Shown here: positions 13,111-24,950 of the stretch, piece by piece
Layout of the letters: each line of letters opens with the position of its first letter
Position numbering within the stretch: the first letter of the stretch is position 1
Assembly (NCBI RefSeq): GCF_009834535.1
Contig: NC_045696.1
Location: 65,660,001-65,724,000, forward strand
Length of the DNA stretch: 64,000 nucleotides
Source of the DNA: Camelus ferus
Taxonomy: Eukaryota
Direction of reading: 5' to 3'
Notes under the pieces: generated by a model
What the model saw: only the letters and a program-made list of their open reading frames with translations
Database searches by the model: none
Told to the model about the DNA's origin: nothing
Program-made: the position numbers and the translations under genes

Positions 13111-14316
13111 TATTGGCATTTAAACATGAATGACTAACAGTGATCCCTTCATTTCTTTAATACCTCCTGCTCCTGCTATGTACTTCATCCCTTTAGAGAA
13201 CAACAGAGAATGCAGTTGCTGGGGTCTGAGATGTTGGTCATCTATTGGCTCCTTTCATTCTTTTGTACCGCACATCTATCCATTAGCAGATGCAACCAGC
13301 TCAATCTTGCAAATGTAACTACAGTTTGACTACATCTCATTACCTGACTGCTACCACCATAGTCTGAATTCTCATTATGTCTCACTTGGATATTTGTTAG
13401 TCTCCTTTCCAGACTTCTTGTTTCTGCCCTTTCTCCTCTAGAGTTTATAATCTATGTAGCAGCCAGAGTCACTCACGTATTTTTTATTGAAATACAGTTG
13501 GTGTACAATAGAGTGATTCACAATTTTTAAAGTTATACCCCATTTTTAGTTATTGTATGATATCGTTTATTTTCCCCATGTTGTAGCTCATTTTATATAT
13601 GTGTATATCCTTATAGCTTATCTTACACCTAATAGTTTGTACCTCTTGCTCCTCTGCCCCTATATTGCTCTTCCCCCTTCTCTCCCCCCACTGGTAACCA
13701 CTAGTTTGTTCTCTATATCTGTAGAATCACTTACACTTTAAAATATAAGTTAGAGAATGTCACTCCTTTGCACTTAAACCTCCAGTGTCATCTCTTCTTT
13801 AGAAAACAATACAAAGTGCTTACCATAATTTACTAGAATCACCCCTACTGCTCTGATTTCATTTCCTTCTTCTTGTCCCTTCACTCGCTGCCCTTCTCTT
13901 ACCCTGACATCCTGATGTTCCTCCTAGGCCGTACATAGTCTTACATCAGGGCCTTTTCACTTAATTGGTTCCTCTTCCTAGAAAGCCTTCAGCCAACCCC
14001 ATCCCTTGCCCAATAACCACGTGATATGCTCCCTCAATTTCATTAAATCTACCCACGTGCCACCTTCTCAAAGAGACTTTCCTTGACCTTCTCTAAAATA
14101 GTAATACAATCTCTGTCATTCCATATATTGTCCACTCTTTTTTTCTCTTCAAGTCACTTACCCCTGCACATATTATATGGTCATATGTTTATTTGTTATG
14201 TCCTTCCAATCTAGTAAGAGGATTGGAACTTGTCTGTGTGGATTATTACTGTATCCTCAGTACATAGAATAGTGTTGGCACATAATAGCTGCTCATTAAA
14301 CATGTATTGAATAAAT
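13110..14316 (+). mobile_element. L2 LINE 3' portion
   Basis: Ends 'agaatagtgttggcacataatagctgctcattaaacatgtattgaataaat', an L2 3' terminus. Further L2-like pieces lie at about 10620-10930 and 11870-11960. Confidence 0.7.
13477..13722 (-). mobile_element. 5'-truncated L1 3' end with target-site duplication
   Basis: T-rich tail on the left and L1 3'UTR motif 'ccactggtaaccactagtttgttctctatatctgt'; flanked by agagtcactcac (13465-13476) and agaatcacttac (13723-13734). Confidence 0.8.
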
Positions 14317-15625
14317 TCTTGGCTAAAGTACTTGGTAAAGAAGTATTAAAGCATATCATGACCAAGCTGATCAAACAGTATTTTTTAAAAGTAAAGTTTT
14401 CAGGAAAACATGTTTTGCAAAAAGGAATTTTAGGGAAAAAAAATCTAGACCTTACTAGATAGTAGTCATAATTAAAAAGATTTAGAAAAACACCTAGATT
14501 AAAATACAGAGAAATTTTGATTTTCCAAGAGGAAATTTTAGCTTACACCGCTACGTCCCGAAGCCTGACTCTTGTTTAAGGAGCATTTATTTATTACATA
14601 TAAATCATTTCCAGTGTGAAAAATAAGAAACAAAATTATGGACACCACTGTCATTTGGGAGATTTCTTCATGTCTGCCATGAGAATACAGGCAAGAGACA
14701 ATGATGAAGAAAGTGAGTCCATATGGAGCGAGGGTAACGGACTCTTATCCAAGAGACTTGGCAGGGACTACGGTAGGATGTCAATAGGTTTCATATCCAG
14801 AGATATTAAACATACTGGCACAGGTTCTGATTAGCGCAAGGAGGACCATGATCTAACACAGAGCTAAAGCAAAATTCAGCAGTGTGAGCTATGGTAAAAT
14901 GTTCTTAATCTCTGGGGTGCAAATATCTTGTATGCTGGAATTATCACAACGAATTTCACCAATTTATATACATATCAAGAATTATCTGTAGACTGCATGA
15001 GTTGTAACTCTCATAAAGCATATTTCTATTTTTGAATGAACTCAAGTACTTTTGTGATTAATATATAAACATTTATTTACAAGTATTACTAAGAGCAGTG
15101 TAGCTTTTTGTGATATGTATTTTTTTTCAACCAACGGTTACTTAAAAAAAAGGTATGGAGGAAGGTCTTAATTAAAAGGAAATCTTTAACCTACAAGACA
15201 TTGTAATCCACTCTGAAAGGTGAACTGCGTGGTCAGGTTTTCTGCAAGAGACCCATTATTTAGGAATCTTCTTTCTACATGTTATTTTCCTCATCATAGC
15301 AGTAACTAGAAGGGTAGGACTATAAATTCATATTGAGAGTTGGAAAGAGGGTGAATCTGTGTAACTCAAGCTGTCAGCAGTGTAATGGTAGATTAGTTGA
15401 TTCTTAGGTAAACACATCTAGGGAATCCCTGTCTTATAACACATTTGTGAAGCTCCTTCAATATTTTGCTTGGCTCTATATGGAGAATGCTGGAAGTATG
15501 AAAGGCATTCAGTGCTAGAGAGAGCTGTACTAATGGTATAAAACTATGAATGAGAAGTTTACACATTGATGACAGTGGCTAACTCTGAGCAGGGGGAGGG
15601 GGAGGAATAGAGGATGTGGAAAACT

Positions 15626-16205
15626 GTGAGTCTTAGATTACATTTGAAAAACTGACCACAATATTGGTTCTATCACACATGCCCTCTTGCAGTATGACAA
15701 TGTAGACCTCCATCAAAACGTGGAGTCTAATTCCCCTCCCACTGAATCTAGGCTGAATCTTTGACTACACTGGCCAAGAAAATGCAGCAGAAGTAGCATT
15801 CTGCGACCCCAAAGCCCTGGCGTTAAGAGGGCTTGGTGACTTCTGTTTCGATGCTTTGAAAGAAGTCAGTTGCCTTGTAAGAAATCTGACTATCCTCTTA
15901 TCTCTATGCAGTGAGAGACTCAACTAGCCATGTGGAGAGGCTGTCGGGAGAGGAACAAAGCTCCCCAGCCAGAAGCCCTCATGGAGCTTCCAACTGACAG
16001 CTAATACCTAGAGGTCTGCCAAGCATTCTGGTGATGGATCTTCAAAACCCAGCTGAGACATTCCAAATAAAGCCATGTGGGACAAAGATGAGCTGTCCTC
16101 ACTGACCTGGTCCAATTTCTTGAATATTAAACAAATACATGAATGTTATTGTTTGAAGCTAAGGAGGTGTAGAGTTGTCTATTACATAGCAATAGATAGC
16201 TAGAA
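15626..16205 (+). mobile_element. MaLR LTR (MLT1F/G/H-like)
   Basis: Contains 'tggagtctaattcccctcccactgaatctaggctg' and 'caactagccatgtggagagg'; ends 'attacatagcaatagatagctaga'. Confidence 0.65.
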
Positions 16206-16866
16206 GAGTATATTTCTATTATATCTGTAGTTTCCATTCTTTGAGAAAAGGCCACGTATTTGAGACAAACACGGAAAAATGTTGACCTTGGTCTGGGTGT
16301 GATGAGTTGGAGACTATTATATTTTCCATTTTTTTCTTTACGTACAAAATACTACATACCTTATCATTCAAAATTTATAAACATATTTAGACTTGCACTT
16401 CTTGCTAGGATAGAGTGAATAGTTCCAAACATGTCCTTCCCCCATAAGCAACTATAAAACTGGAGAAAATGGATGTGGTCCACAGTTTAAAAATCCTGGG
16501 CTTTAGGTAGTATGACCCCTGAGAGTAGAGAAATACATGAAGTGAGCCTCCCGTGCTCTTGCCAACTCTGCAGCTTAGCACAATTTTCCAGCTTTCATAA
16601 AGGGTGAGGGAGTCCAAGCAGTGTCTCTCTGGAAAGGCATAAAACAGAGCGTAGGGCTGCTGACACAATCAGACCTTGTGGGTTAGGGGACTGGAGAAGC
16701 AGGAGCTGCACACAGAAGTTCCCAGGTGCTTGGTCAAAGCCCGCGTTGCATATCTGCAAGGTGAAACTCTATGAAGCCTAACAGAAAGCAGCATCCACAG
16801 AACAGAGGATAGAACAGCAATCCTAGAGGGTTCTAGGTGCTGGGAAGGTTTGATTAAAGATCCACT

Positions 16867-17093
16867 ACACATTAATATATATAAAATAGAAAAACAACTA
16901 TTTTTAAAATGACCTACTATATAGCACAGGGAACCATATTCAATACCTTGTAATAACCTATAATGGAAAATAATCTGAAAAAAAGTAAGTTTTCATACAT
17001 GTATAACTGAATCACTTTGCTGCACACCTGAAACTAACAATGTTGTAGATTAACCATATTTCAATTTTTAAAAATGGTTTAAAATTTTTAAAA
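16867..17093 (+). mobile_element. Short, younger cetartiodactyl-type L1 3' end with TSD
   Basis: 'gacctactatatagcacagggaac...gtataactgaatcactttgctgcacacctgaaactaac'; flanked by aaagatccact (16856-16866) and aaagacccact (17094-17104). Confidence 0.8.
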
Positions 17094-19711
17094 AAAGACC
17101 CACTCAGAGTGGAGAGACCTCATTAACACATCTGGTATTCAGGTAAGCTACCAAAAAGGCCATAAGTTAGAGGGATAGTCTACTTGCAAAGGATGCTCTG
17201 TAGGTAAACTAATAGAGCCTAAACTAAGCTTTCACAGAAGGAAGGAGAGTTTCTAGCAAACAACTGCCTGCAGAGACAAAATTCAACAATCATTTAAAAA
17301 GGGGGGGGGGGGGCGGATTTAATCTAGACTCCTTACAATGTATCATGCAAAATCTCCAGCAAAAAAACACAAAAAACAAAACAAACACACACACACAAAC
17401 ACCCACCCCCAAATCCCAGTTTGCCCTAACAAAAATTACTAGACATGTAAAGGAGTACGAAAATGTGGCAAATAATCAAGAAAAAGCCATCAGAGGGGAC
17501 AAACACCAAGGACCGAGATATTGGAATTAGCAGCCAAGGACATAAAGAGGATATTATTAGCAATTATTATAAATATTTTTAAGGACTTAAAGCAAAATAT
17601 ATGGTCATAATGAATAAAAAGCTAGAACTCTCAGTAGAGAAATAGAAGCTACACAAAAATCAGTGAACAGACATAGAATTTTAGCAGATAAAAACCAACA
17701 ATGTAAGTGGAAATTGTAGAAAAACAAAAAAGTACAATATTTGAAGTGAAAAAAAAATCACTGGATGGGCTTAATGATAGCTTGGAGGTGGCAGAATCAG
17801 ACTCAGTGAACTTGAGAACAGATGAATAGAAACTATTCAATCTGAAAAAAAAAAAAAAAAAAAACAACCCAAAACAGATGAGTTTTTTTTTAAAAAAGAC
17901 CTTCAAGTTCCAGTGGAATAATATCATACTGTTTATAACACATGTGCTTAAGAACACAGGAGACGAGAGAAGGAGAATGAGGTGCAAAAAAATCCAAAAA
18001 CAAGAACAACAAAAAAATGAAAACCAAACTTGAGAAAATAACGGTTGAAAGTTTCCCAGGTTTTATTTCAAAGCACCAATCTACAGATCGAATAAGCTCA
18101 GAAAACCCCAAGAAGGAGAAATATAAAGGAAAAGCATTGAGGCCACTCTAGTCAGACTCTTATGACAACCACAGATGAACAGAAAACCTTCAAAGCATCC
18201 AGAGAAAAATGGCATACAGGGGAACATTATATAAATTATGACTGGCTTCTAATCAGAAACAATACAGGCCAGAAAATAGTAAAATTACAATTTTAAAGTG
18301 ATTACAACAGCAAATACCTGTCAAATTAGTGTTCAATATATAACAAAATTGTCCTTAAAAAATCAAAATAAATATATTTTCTGATAAACGAAAGCCCAGA
18401 AAATTTGTAATCACCTTATCTACACTACAAGAAATACTAAAAGAAGTTCAAGAGGCTGAAGGAAAGGATAACAAATGAATTTCAGATTAAAAGGAAAGAA
18501 AGAAGATCTGAATGTGTAAATTTTTGAAAGGCTAGCTTCTTTTCTTTTTTCTCTTTATTTCCCTAAAAGATAGTTTATTGTTTAAAGCAAAAAAAAAAAA
18601 AAAAAATCATTATAAGCTAGAGTTTATAAAGTGTGTAAAAGTAAAATTCATGACAACAAAAGCACAAAGTAACGTGTGGATAAATGAAATTAAATTGCTA
18701 TGAGGTTGAAGTGAAAAAGACTTGCATAAGTCAGGAGGAGGAAACATGAACCAATTTATTTATGTGTCTAGTATAACTCTGAATACAAAACCTGACAGAG
18801 ATATTATATGAAAAGAGCAATACAGACCAACATCCCTTATGAAGATAGATACAAAATTTCTTAACAAAATATTAATAAATCAATAGGAATACACAAAAGG
18901 AATAGCATATCAACACCAGTTGAAATTGCTCCCAGGGATGCAAAATTGATTTAATATTAAAAAATCAGTCACTGTAATTCAACATCTTGATCATTTTAAT
19001 AGAAATTATCAAAAAACAATTCTGACAAAATGGAACACCAATTCATAATTTTAAGAAAAGCAACTCTCAGCAGAGTAGGAATAGAAGGAAGCCTCCTCAG
19101 TATTGTAAAAGGTATCTAAGAAAATTAAAAAGCTTGGTGAATTATTGTAGTATTTCCTCCTAGGTTGGAAACAATGGAAGGATATCAATTCTAATTTTAT
19201 TCAACGTTTTTCTGTGCTTTTCACAGTACAATAAGAAGGATAAAAAATAAAGTCCACTCAGATTGGAAAAGAAGTAAACTTTACTTATATATGATATGAT
19301 TATTTACATAGAAACTATTTAAAAGTAAATCAACTATTAGAAGAAATAAGTTTAACAAAGGCACAGAGCACAAGGTCAATATACAAAAATCAGTTGTATT
19401 TCTGTAATCTAGCAACAATTAGATAATAAACATTTAAAAAGTCAGTTTCCTATAGCATCAAAACACATAAAATTCTTAGGAATAAATTTCACAAACACAT
19501 GCAAGATTTCTAGTCTGAACACTATAAAATATTGCTCATAGAATTTGAGGATCTAAGCAAAGACTCATTCAGTGTTCATATATTGGAAGGATTAATATTT
19601 TTCAGGGGCCAATTCTCTTAAGATTGATCTATAGATGTAGTGCAATTCTTTTTAAAATGACAGCATGCTTTTTTGGATAGAAATTGACAAGCTGATTCTA
19701 AATATAAAGAG

Positions 19712-19935
19712 ATTAGGAGTTCCGGATTAGCAGACACAAACTACTATATATAAAACATGTAGACAACAAGGTCTTACTGTATAGCACAAGGAACTATATT
19801 CAACATCTTGTAATAACCTATAATGAAAAATAATATGAAAAAGAATATATATATGTATAACTGAATCACTATGCTGTAGATCAGAAACTAATGTAACATT
19901 GTAAATCAAGTATACTTCAATAAAAATAAATAAAT
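19712..19935 (+). mobile_element. Short, younger cetartiodactyl-type L1 3' end
   Basis: 'ttagcagacacaaactactatatataaaa...ctgtatagcacaaggaactatattcaa...aactgaatcactatgctgta...cattgtaaatcaagtatacttcaataaaa' followed by an (aaat)n tail. Confidence 0.8.
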
Positions 19936-21589
19936 AAATACAACAGAGGGATGCAAATGATTAAGATGGTGAAAATAATTTTGCAAAAGTATAAAGTTGG
20001 TGGATTCACAACACTTGTTCTCAAGGCTTATTATAGAACTGTAATAATCAAGACAGTGTACTATTGGCATAGGGAAATAATTTAGTGGAATAGAATAGAG
20101 AATCTAGAAAGAAACTTACATATATACTTTAACTGACTTTTTCTTAAGAATGTAAGATAATTCAATGGGGAAAAGAAGTCTTTTCAATAACTGAAGGAAC
20201 TGGAACTCATACATGACCTCTGTGAGTGTGAACTTTGGAGAACTGTTTGACATCATTAATGTTAAATACACACTTACCCTTTGACCCTTCACTTCCTGTA
20301 AAAAATATGTTCACCTTGTATTTATTTTCCCTTCTTTTGCCTCATTCTCCTTTCCTCTGTGTTCCTGTTGCCTCATACCTCCCAGCAAAGTGTTAGCATA
20401 TAGTAGGTTTTGCCACGAGTTCTGCTTTCAAATGGCCCCAGGGAAAGATAATTAATAGAAAAAGTAGCCCTCTTTGTATCAATTATCTTTGATCTTCTAA
20501 GTTCTAGAACATAGGCTTCACTCATGTTCTGGAAGCCGAAGCAATTCACTCCATTGCTATTGCAAAGTGGAGTCACAAAAATTCCTAGCCTGTAATGGAA
20601 TCACAATTAATAAAGCCTTTGGTTAAGTGGAATGAAGTGTAGGTGGAAGAAAGCATTAGGGCTTCAAGTGGCTGTTAACCCTGGTGGGTGTAGAGGCACT
20701 TATAATTACAAAGTTGCAAGAGCTGCAAAAAAGAAATAAGTGCAGATTTGATGGGTTTCCTAAGACAAAGGAAAGAAAGAAGTCCCTGAGGCCTGGGATG
20801 AAGATATTTGGGACTTTGAACCTCCTAAATTTCCCGATCTCACATGGCCAGGAGAATCAGCTCTTTCTACTTGCCAGAGGGAAACAGCCTAACCTGAAGA
20901 CCATGTGGTAACCTCACTAAAAGCACATGACTTGTAATATGACCACTGATGTCCTCAAGATCTGTGACTATCGTTCCTCATGCCTTCCAGAGCTGGTACC
21001 CAGAATCAGGGAGACAACTGTAACCTTAACCAGATTATAACTCCAATGACTGCTGCTCTACCAGGCATCGAGGACTAGGAGGGGTCTGAGATTTTACTCC
21101 ATTTGCAAGCTGATAAGTTAGCCCGTCACAGTTTCCTGGACACTGGCACCAAAGACAAGATTCCTGGGTTAGAGACAAAAGTCATTAATTACTCACAGAA
21201 AAAGCAGTAGACAAAACATCGACATTTGCCTCTGTTCCTCAAGCCCCAGTGCACACACGATGATGCAAAGAGAAGCAGGTGACTCTTTCCAGCTCAATGG
21301 GGTGTATTATGGGAGAGGAACCTCAAGCTTAAGGATCCTGACCCTTTTACAACAGGAAGTAAGCCTGCTAGACCTTTGTCTTGATGGGAGATACTATCTT
21401 TCTTATCCTGGGCTGTGAATGAACCTACCATTTGCTCTAAAAGCAGATCCTTTCACTATCTTCCTTGGCTGTTCACTACATAAACATCCTCTGAAAGAGC
21501 CTAGAGCAGAGAAAGTCAGTGCCTTTGCTCACAAGATATACAGATGTGTCTGATACCCTTTGGGAAATGACTCCTGATAGCAGGTATAT

Positions 21590-21900
21590 TATTTTTATTG
21601 AGGCGTATTAACAGTCTCTGGCATTTGGTATGCTATTACCAAATTAGTATGGAAAATTGAATACAGTTTGCTTCACACGGCTATGTTAATTGTACCACTC
21701 TCTTTTGGAATATAGTCCTCAGGTGTCTTGACCATGATGATCACTCTCAGATTCTGCAGAATATCCCAGTGGTCTACTCTATAGATGATCATCATTCTGA
21801 TTGGCCCGGTAAGTAAGAGGTAACAAGTATCCTCAATACTTTAGTAAGATACGTATATGCCAGACAGTGGGAATAAAGCCTACAAAGACCCAGAAGTAAT
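21590..21900 (+). mobile_element. ERV-L pol (reverse transcriptase) remnant
   Basis: 'gtggtctactctatagatgat...attctgattggcccggtaagtaagaggtaaca' reads VVYSIDD, then after a frameshift IILIGPGK*EVT, like ERV-L RT LVHYIDDIMLIG..EQEV. Upstream 'cagtttgcttcac' resembles QFAFT; downstream 'cagtgggaataaagcctacaaagacccag' resembles WEINP.KIQ. Surrounding 20400-22400 looks like the same degraded ERVL/MaLR internal region. Confidence 0.65.
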
Positions 21901-21949
21901 GTTTTTAGTGTCTGGTGACTTGGGACACACTGAGTCATTTACTCTAAAG

Positions 21950-22198
21950 CAATGATCATCAGCCAGGGATAATTTTTGTCCCCATGAGACATTTGGTGAT
22001 GTCTGGGGACATTTTTTGGTTTTCAGAAATCAGGGTGAGTAGGTGGCATCCAGTGGGCATCGGAGGTAGAGGTCAGGGAAATAACTAAAGTGGGTGGAAG
22101 CCACGGAAGCAACTAACCATGATGCAGTGCACAAGAAAGCCCCCTCACAACGAAGAATTATTCAACCCTAATTCTCAGTGATGCCGAGACTGAGACTG
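21950..22198 (+). mobile_element. MER20 hAT DNA transposon with 8-bp TSD
   Basis: 'gagacatttggtgatgtctggggacatttttt...ggtagaggtcagggaa...ccctcacaacgaagaattat'; flanked by ctctaaag (21942-21949) and ctttaaag (22199-22206). Confidence 0.8.
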
Positions 22199-22939
22199 CT
22201 TTAAAGTGACGAATATGATGTTGCCCCTTGCAACTTCTACAGGACAAAAACAGATAGAGTGCATGTAAGCACCTTTAAATTTTGCGGGTAAATTTACAGC
22301 AGTTGGTAATATACTACTGTGACCTTGAATTGAGTGACTTAGAGGCTGTACTTACGCATGTGACCCTGTACAAGAGAGTGTTCTGTTGCAATGCAAGCTG
22401 CCCTGTCACTTGGAACCTAGTTATGTGACTCCTGTCTACATTTACCCCTGGCCCCAGCATTTGCCTTTCTTCCAGGCTACAGAGGTTTTAGCAATAGCTC
22501 TTGCCATTCCTGTGATGATAAATTTACAACTCTTTCTATTTCTCCCACCAACACTAAAAAAGACCCCCTGCATAAGGCGCTGACTGACAAGGAGAAATCA
22601 CTGCCGTGGCTTACTGGCGAAATGAAGTTGAAGAGGTTCTGACTTCCTTAACAGAAACCTTGGGGGCAAAGAGGGAAAATAATACAGCCTGAAAGTTCAG
22701 GGGAGATAGCACTGCATGGAGTAGACCAGTAAGGCACAAGAGATGAGATGGAGGTAACAGAGAATCCCTTGCATTTCCAGTTCACCATGGACTCTTGAAG
22801 TCAGTCCAGATTTATCCCGCAGGACTCAGGTGACTCAGGGAGACTGTGGCCAGCACAGCAACACATCACTCTGTATTCAGTTTCCCTCCTTCCATGCCTG
22901 ACTTTTCCATTTTGTCTCATGCCCCATGGTACCATATGA

Positions 22940-23451
22940 GAGTCAGAATTGTACCTCTAATCCTCTTCCAGGTTTTGGTTGGGACAGAGAATTAAATTGG
23001 CATAGACAGATTAAAAGGAGAAAAGCATAAACATGAATTTAATCTAAGTTTTATATGACAGAGAGCCCTCCTAAGTAAATGAAGACCCAATGAAGCAGTT
23101 AGATTTGAATGCATATATATTCTGAATTGGACCAAGAGTAGTAAATTGTGAAAATGTAACAAGGTAGAGGGGCCAGGGCCAGGGTGGGTAATTGGTAGAG
23201 CGGTGACTAGAAAGATAAGTGTTAGTTTAACAAGATTTATTTTTGTAGATTTCTCAGTGATAAGAATGTGACTTTCCTCTTGGTGTAAGAAGGGCATGTT
23301 CCAAATGGGGATTTTATCTCCTGCTTTCAGGAGGAAACAGGGGAGGTCACAGTGCCCTTCTTTCACCTGCTTTATTTCAAGAGTCTTCATCTCAAAATAA
23401 TCCTTATGTCAAAGTGGCCTATTTCAAGGTGGCATATTCTGTCACCCTTTA
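22940..23451 (-). mobile_element. ERV1 LTR (MER34/MER39-like)
   Basis: Reverse complement of the right end reads 'aagggtgacagaatatgccaccttgaaataggccactttgacataaggattattttgag', like the MER34-group 5' end. Confidence 0.7.
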
Positions 23452-24140
23452 GTACCCTCCAATAAAACATCAGCATGTAACTTTGCCTCAGGTTTTCTTT
23501 TCCAAAGGATTGAGGCTGAAGCACAGTGTACTAGAATACGGAGGGCGTGTGGAAATGTGGTCAGCATGGAGACTGCAGGGACAGGTCGAGGCCAGATCAC
23601 GGAGAGCCTTCAATGTCAAGCTTAGGATTCAAAGTCAGCTCGGGTTCCAAGAATCTGTGATACTGTATTCACACAGAGCAGTTGGAACAGAATTCTGCAT
23701 CAATAAAGTGAGTCAGTGCCTGTCCAGGCATTCATTAGCTAATTAAACTGGGGAGCAAAGATTGCTGATTCTTTCCCTTCGCATAATTCCTATGAATCTC
23801 TCTTTCACTTAATTATGTGGGTTGCACTCCCGTTCCTGTCGGCAGCCCATCTCTCATGTGCTGGGGAGGAAAGGTCTGCCAGAGGTGAATCAAAGCTTCT
23901 TCAGGGAATTAGTCAATGAGAAATCTGCTGCCACCTCAAGCATGAAATTTCCCCTCCTTACTGGAGGGGACTATTTAGTGCCCAAGCAGCTAAAGGACCC
24001 CAAAGCAGGTCATTTGTACAAATATCAATATCTCTATGGTACTTTAGGTGATTTCTGAAACTGATGTGGAGTCTGGTGACTTAAATTTTGGGGGGAGGGG
24101 GTAAAACAAGAATGTAAACTAACAAAAATATATGATAAAT

Positions 24141-24380
24141 GGATCCTTGCAGGACATTTGGTCCTGTCCAAAGCATCCATAATACATTTGGTCCATGCAA
24201 AAGAGTCCTTGGCATTTGGTCCTGTCCAAAATGTCCATAAGACATTTGGTCCGTAAGACATTTGGTTCATGACAAAATGTTCTTATATTCACAGAACCAT
24301 TTGGTCTTGCCCAAAACTATTTGGCATGGACCAAATATGCTCATGGGCATTTTGAATAGGACCAAATGTCTACTAACCCC
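24141..24380. repeat. Self-inverted array of CATTTGGTCC motifs; probable old MITE/DNA-transposon remnant, family not identified
   Basis: Six direct copies (24155, 24185, 24213, 24243, 24259, 24298) and two inverted copies (24328, 24359). The left and right ~60 bp are imperfect inverted repeats. Confidence 0.75.
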
Positions 24381-24659
24381 AGTAGATTATTTGAAAATTG
24401 TAAAATGTGCTAGAGTTAAATCATCATTATACTTGATTCATAGAAGACAAAAATCAGTGAGCAGGTTGAATGTATCTCTGAAGTGAATTTGTGCTCTTTA
24501 TGTTTTTACAGCAATGTAGCCTTTATCTTACAGGGTAAATGAGGGAAGAGATAAGCAACACACACATATCTTGTGTTTGTTGAGTTTCTGTACAATGGAG
24601 TTTTGATGTTAAAAGCAAGATGTGAATATCATATTCACATTGTATTAAATGTGTTTTCA

Positions 24660-24950
24660 TACGCATTCTCTGTGGAAGAACACCTTGAGACAAGGATTAC
24701 AGTACAAATAGTTTATTTGGCAGGAAATAGCAGAAGAGTTTGATGGGGAGGTGGAGGTGAGCCTCGGAAAGGAAGAAAGCCAACTGAGTGTTTATCAAGC
24801 AAGCTACCACAGTGGGTACCTGGAGCATAATCCATAAGGGAACTTGGGGTGACAGTGAAGAACATACTTCATGAGTTGTCCCAGTCAAGGTCAAGGAAAT
24901 CAACATAATTATTTTTCAAATCTCTTTCACTGGTCAAAGGCTACTTCAGG
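24660..24950 (-). mobile_element. ERVL-class LTR fragment (LTR16-like)
   Basis: 'caccttgagacaaggattacagtacaaatagtttatttggcagg...caagctaccacagtgggtacctggagc'. Confidence 0.5.

Larger units (their letters stand above)
16405..20300 (+). mobile_element. Old degenerate L1 (5' region, ORF1 and ORF2 fragments)
   Basis: ORF1-like 'aaaaaatcactggatgggcttaat...cagtgaacttga'; ORF2-like 'caaaacctgacagaga', 'caaggtcaatatacaaaaatcagttgtatttct', 'gtaataatcaagacagtgtactattggcata'; many stops and deletions. Confidence 0.75.

Noticed and set aside
14616..14834. 72-aa ORF with protein-like composition
   Set aside because: Non-ATG start in the track, no recognisable homology, no convincing splice framework.
24141..24380. 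CRISPR-like appearance of the CATTTGGTCC array
   Set aside because: The repeat core is only 10 bp, the spacers are related to each other rather than unique, orientation flips mid-array, there are no cas genes, and the DNA is mammalian.
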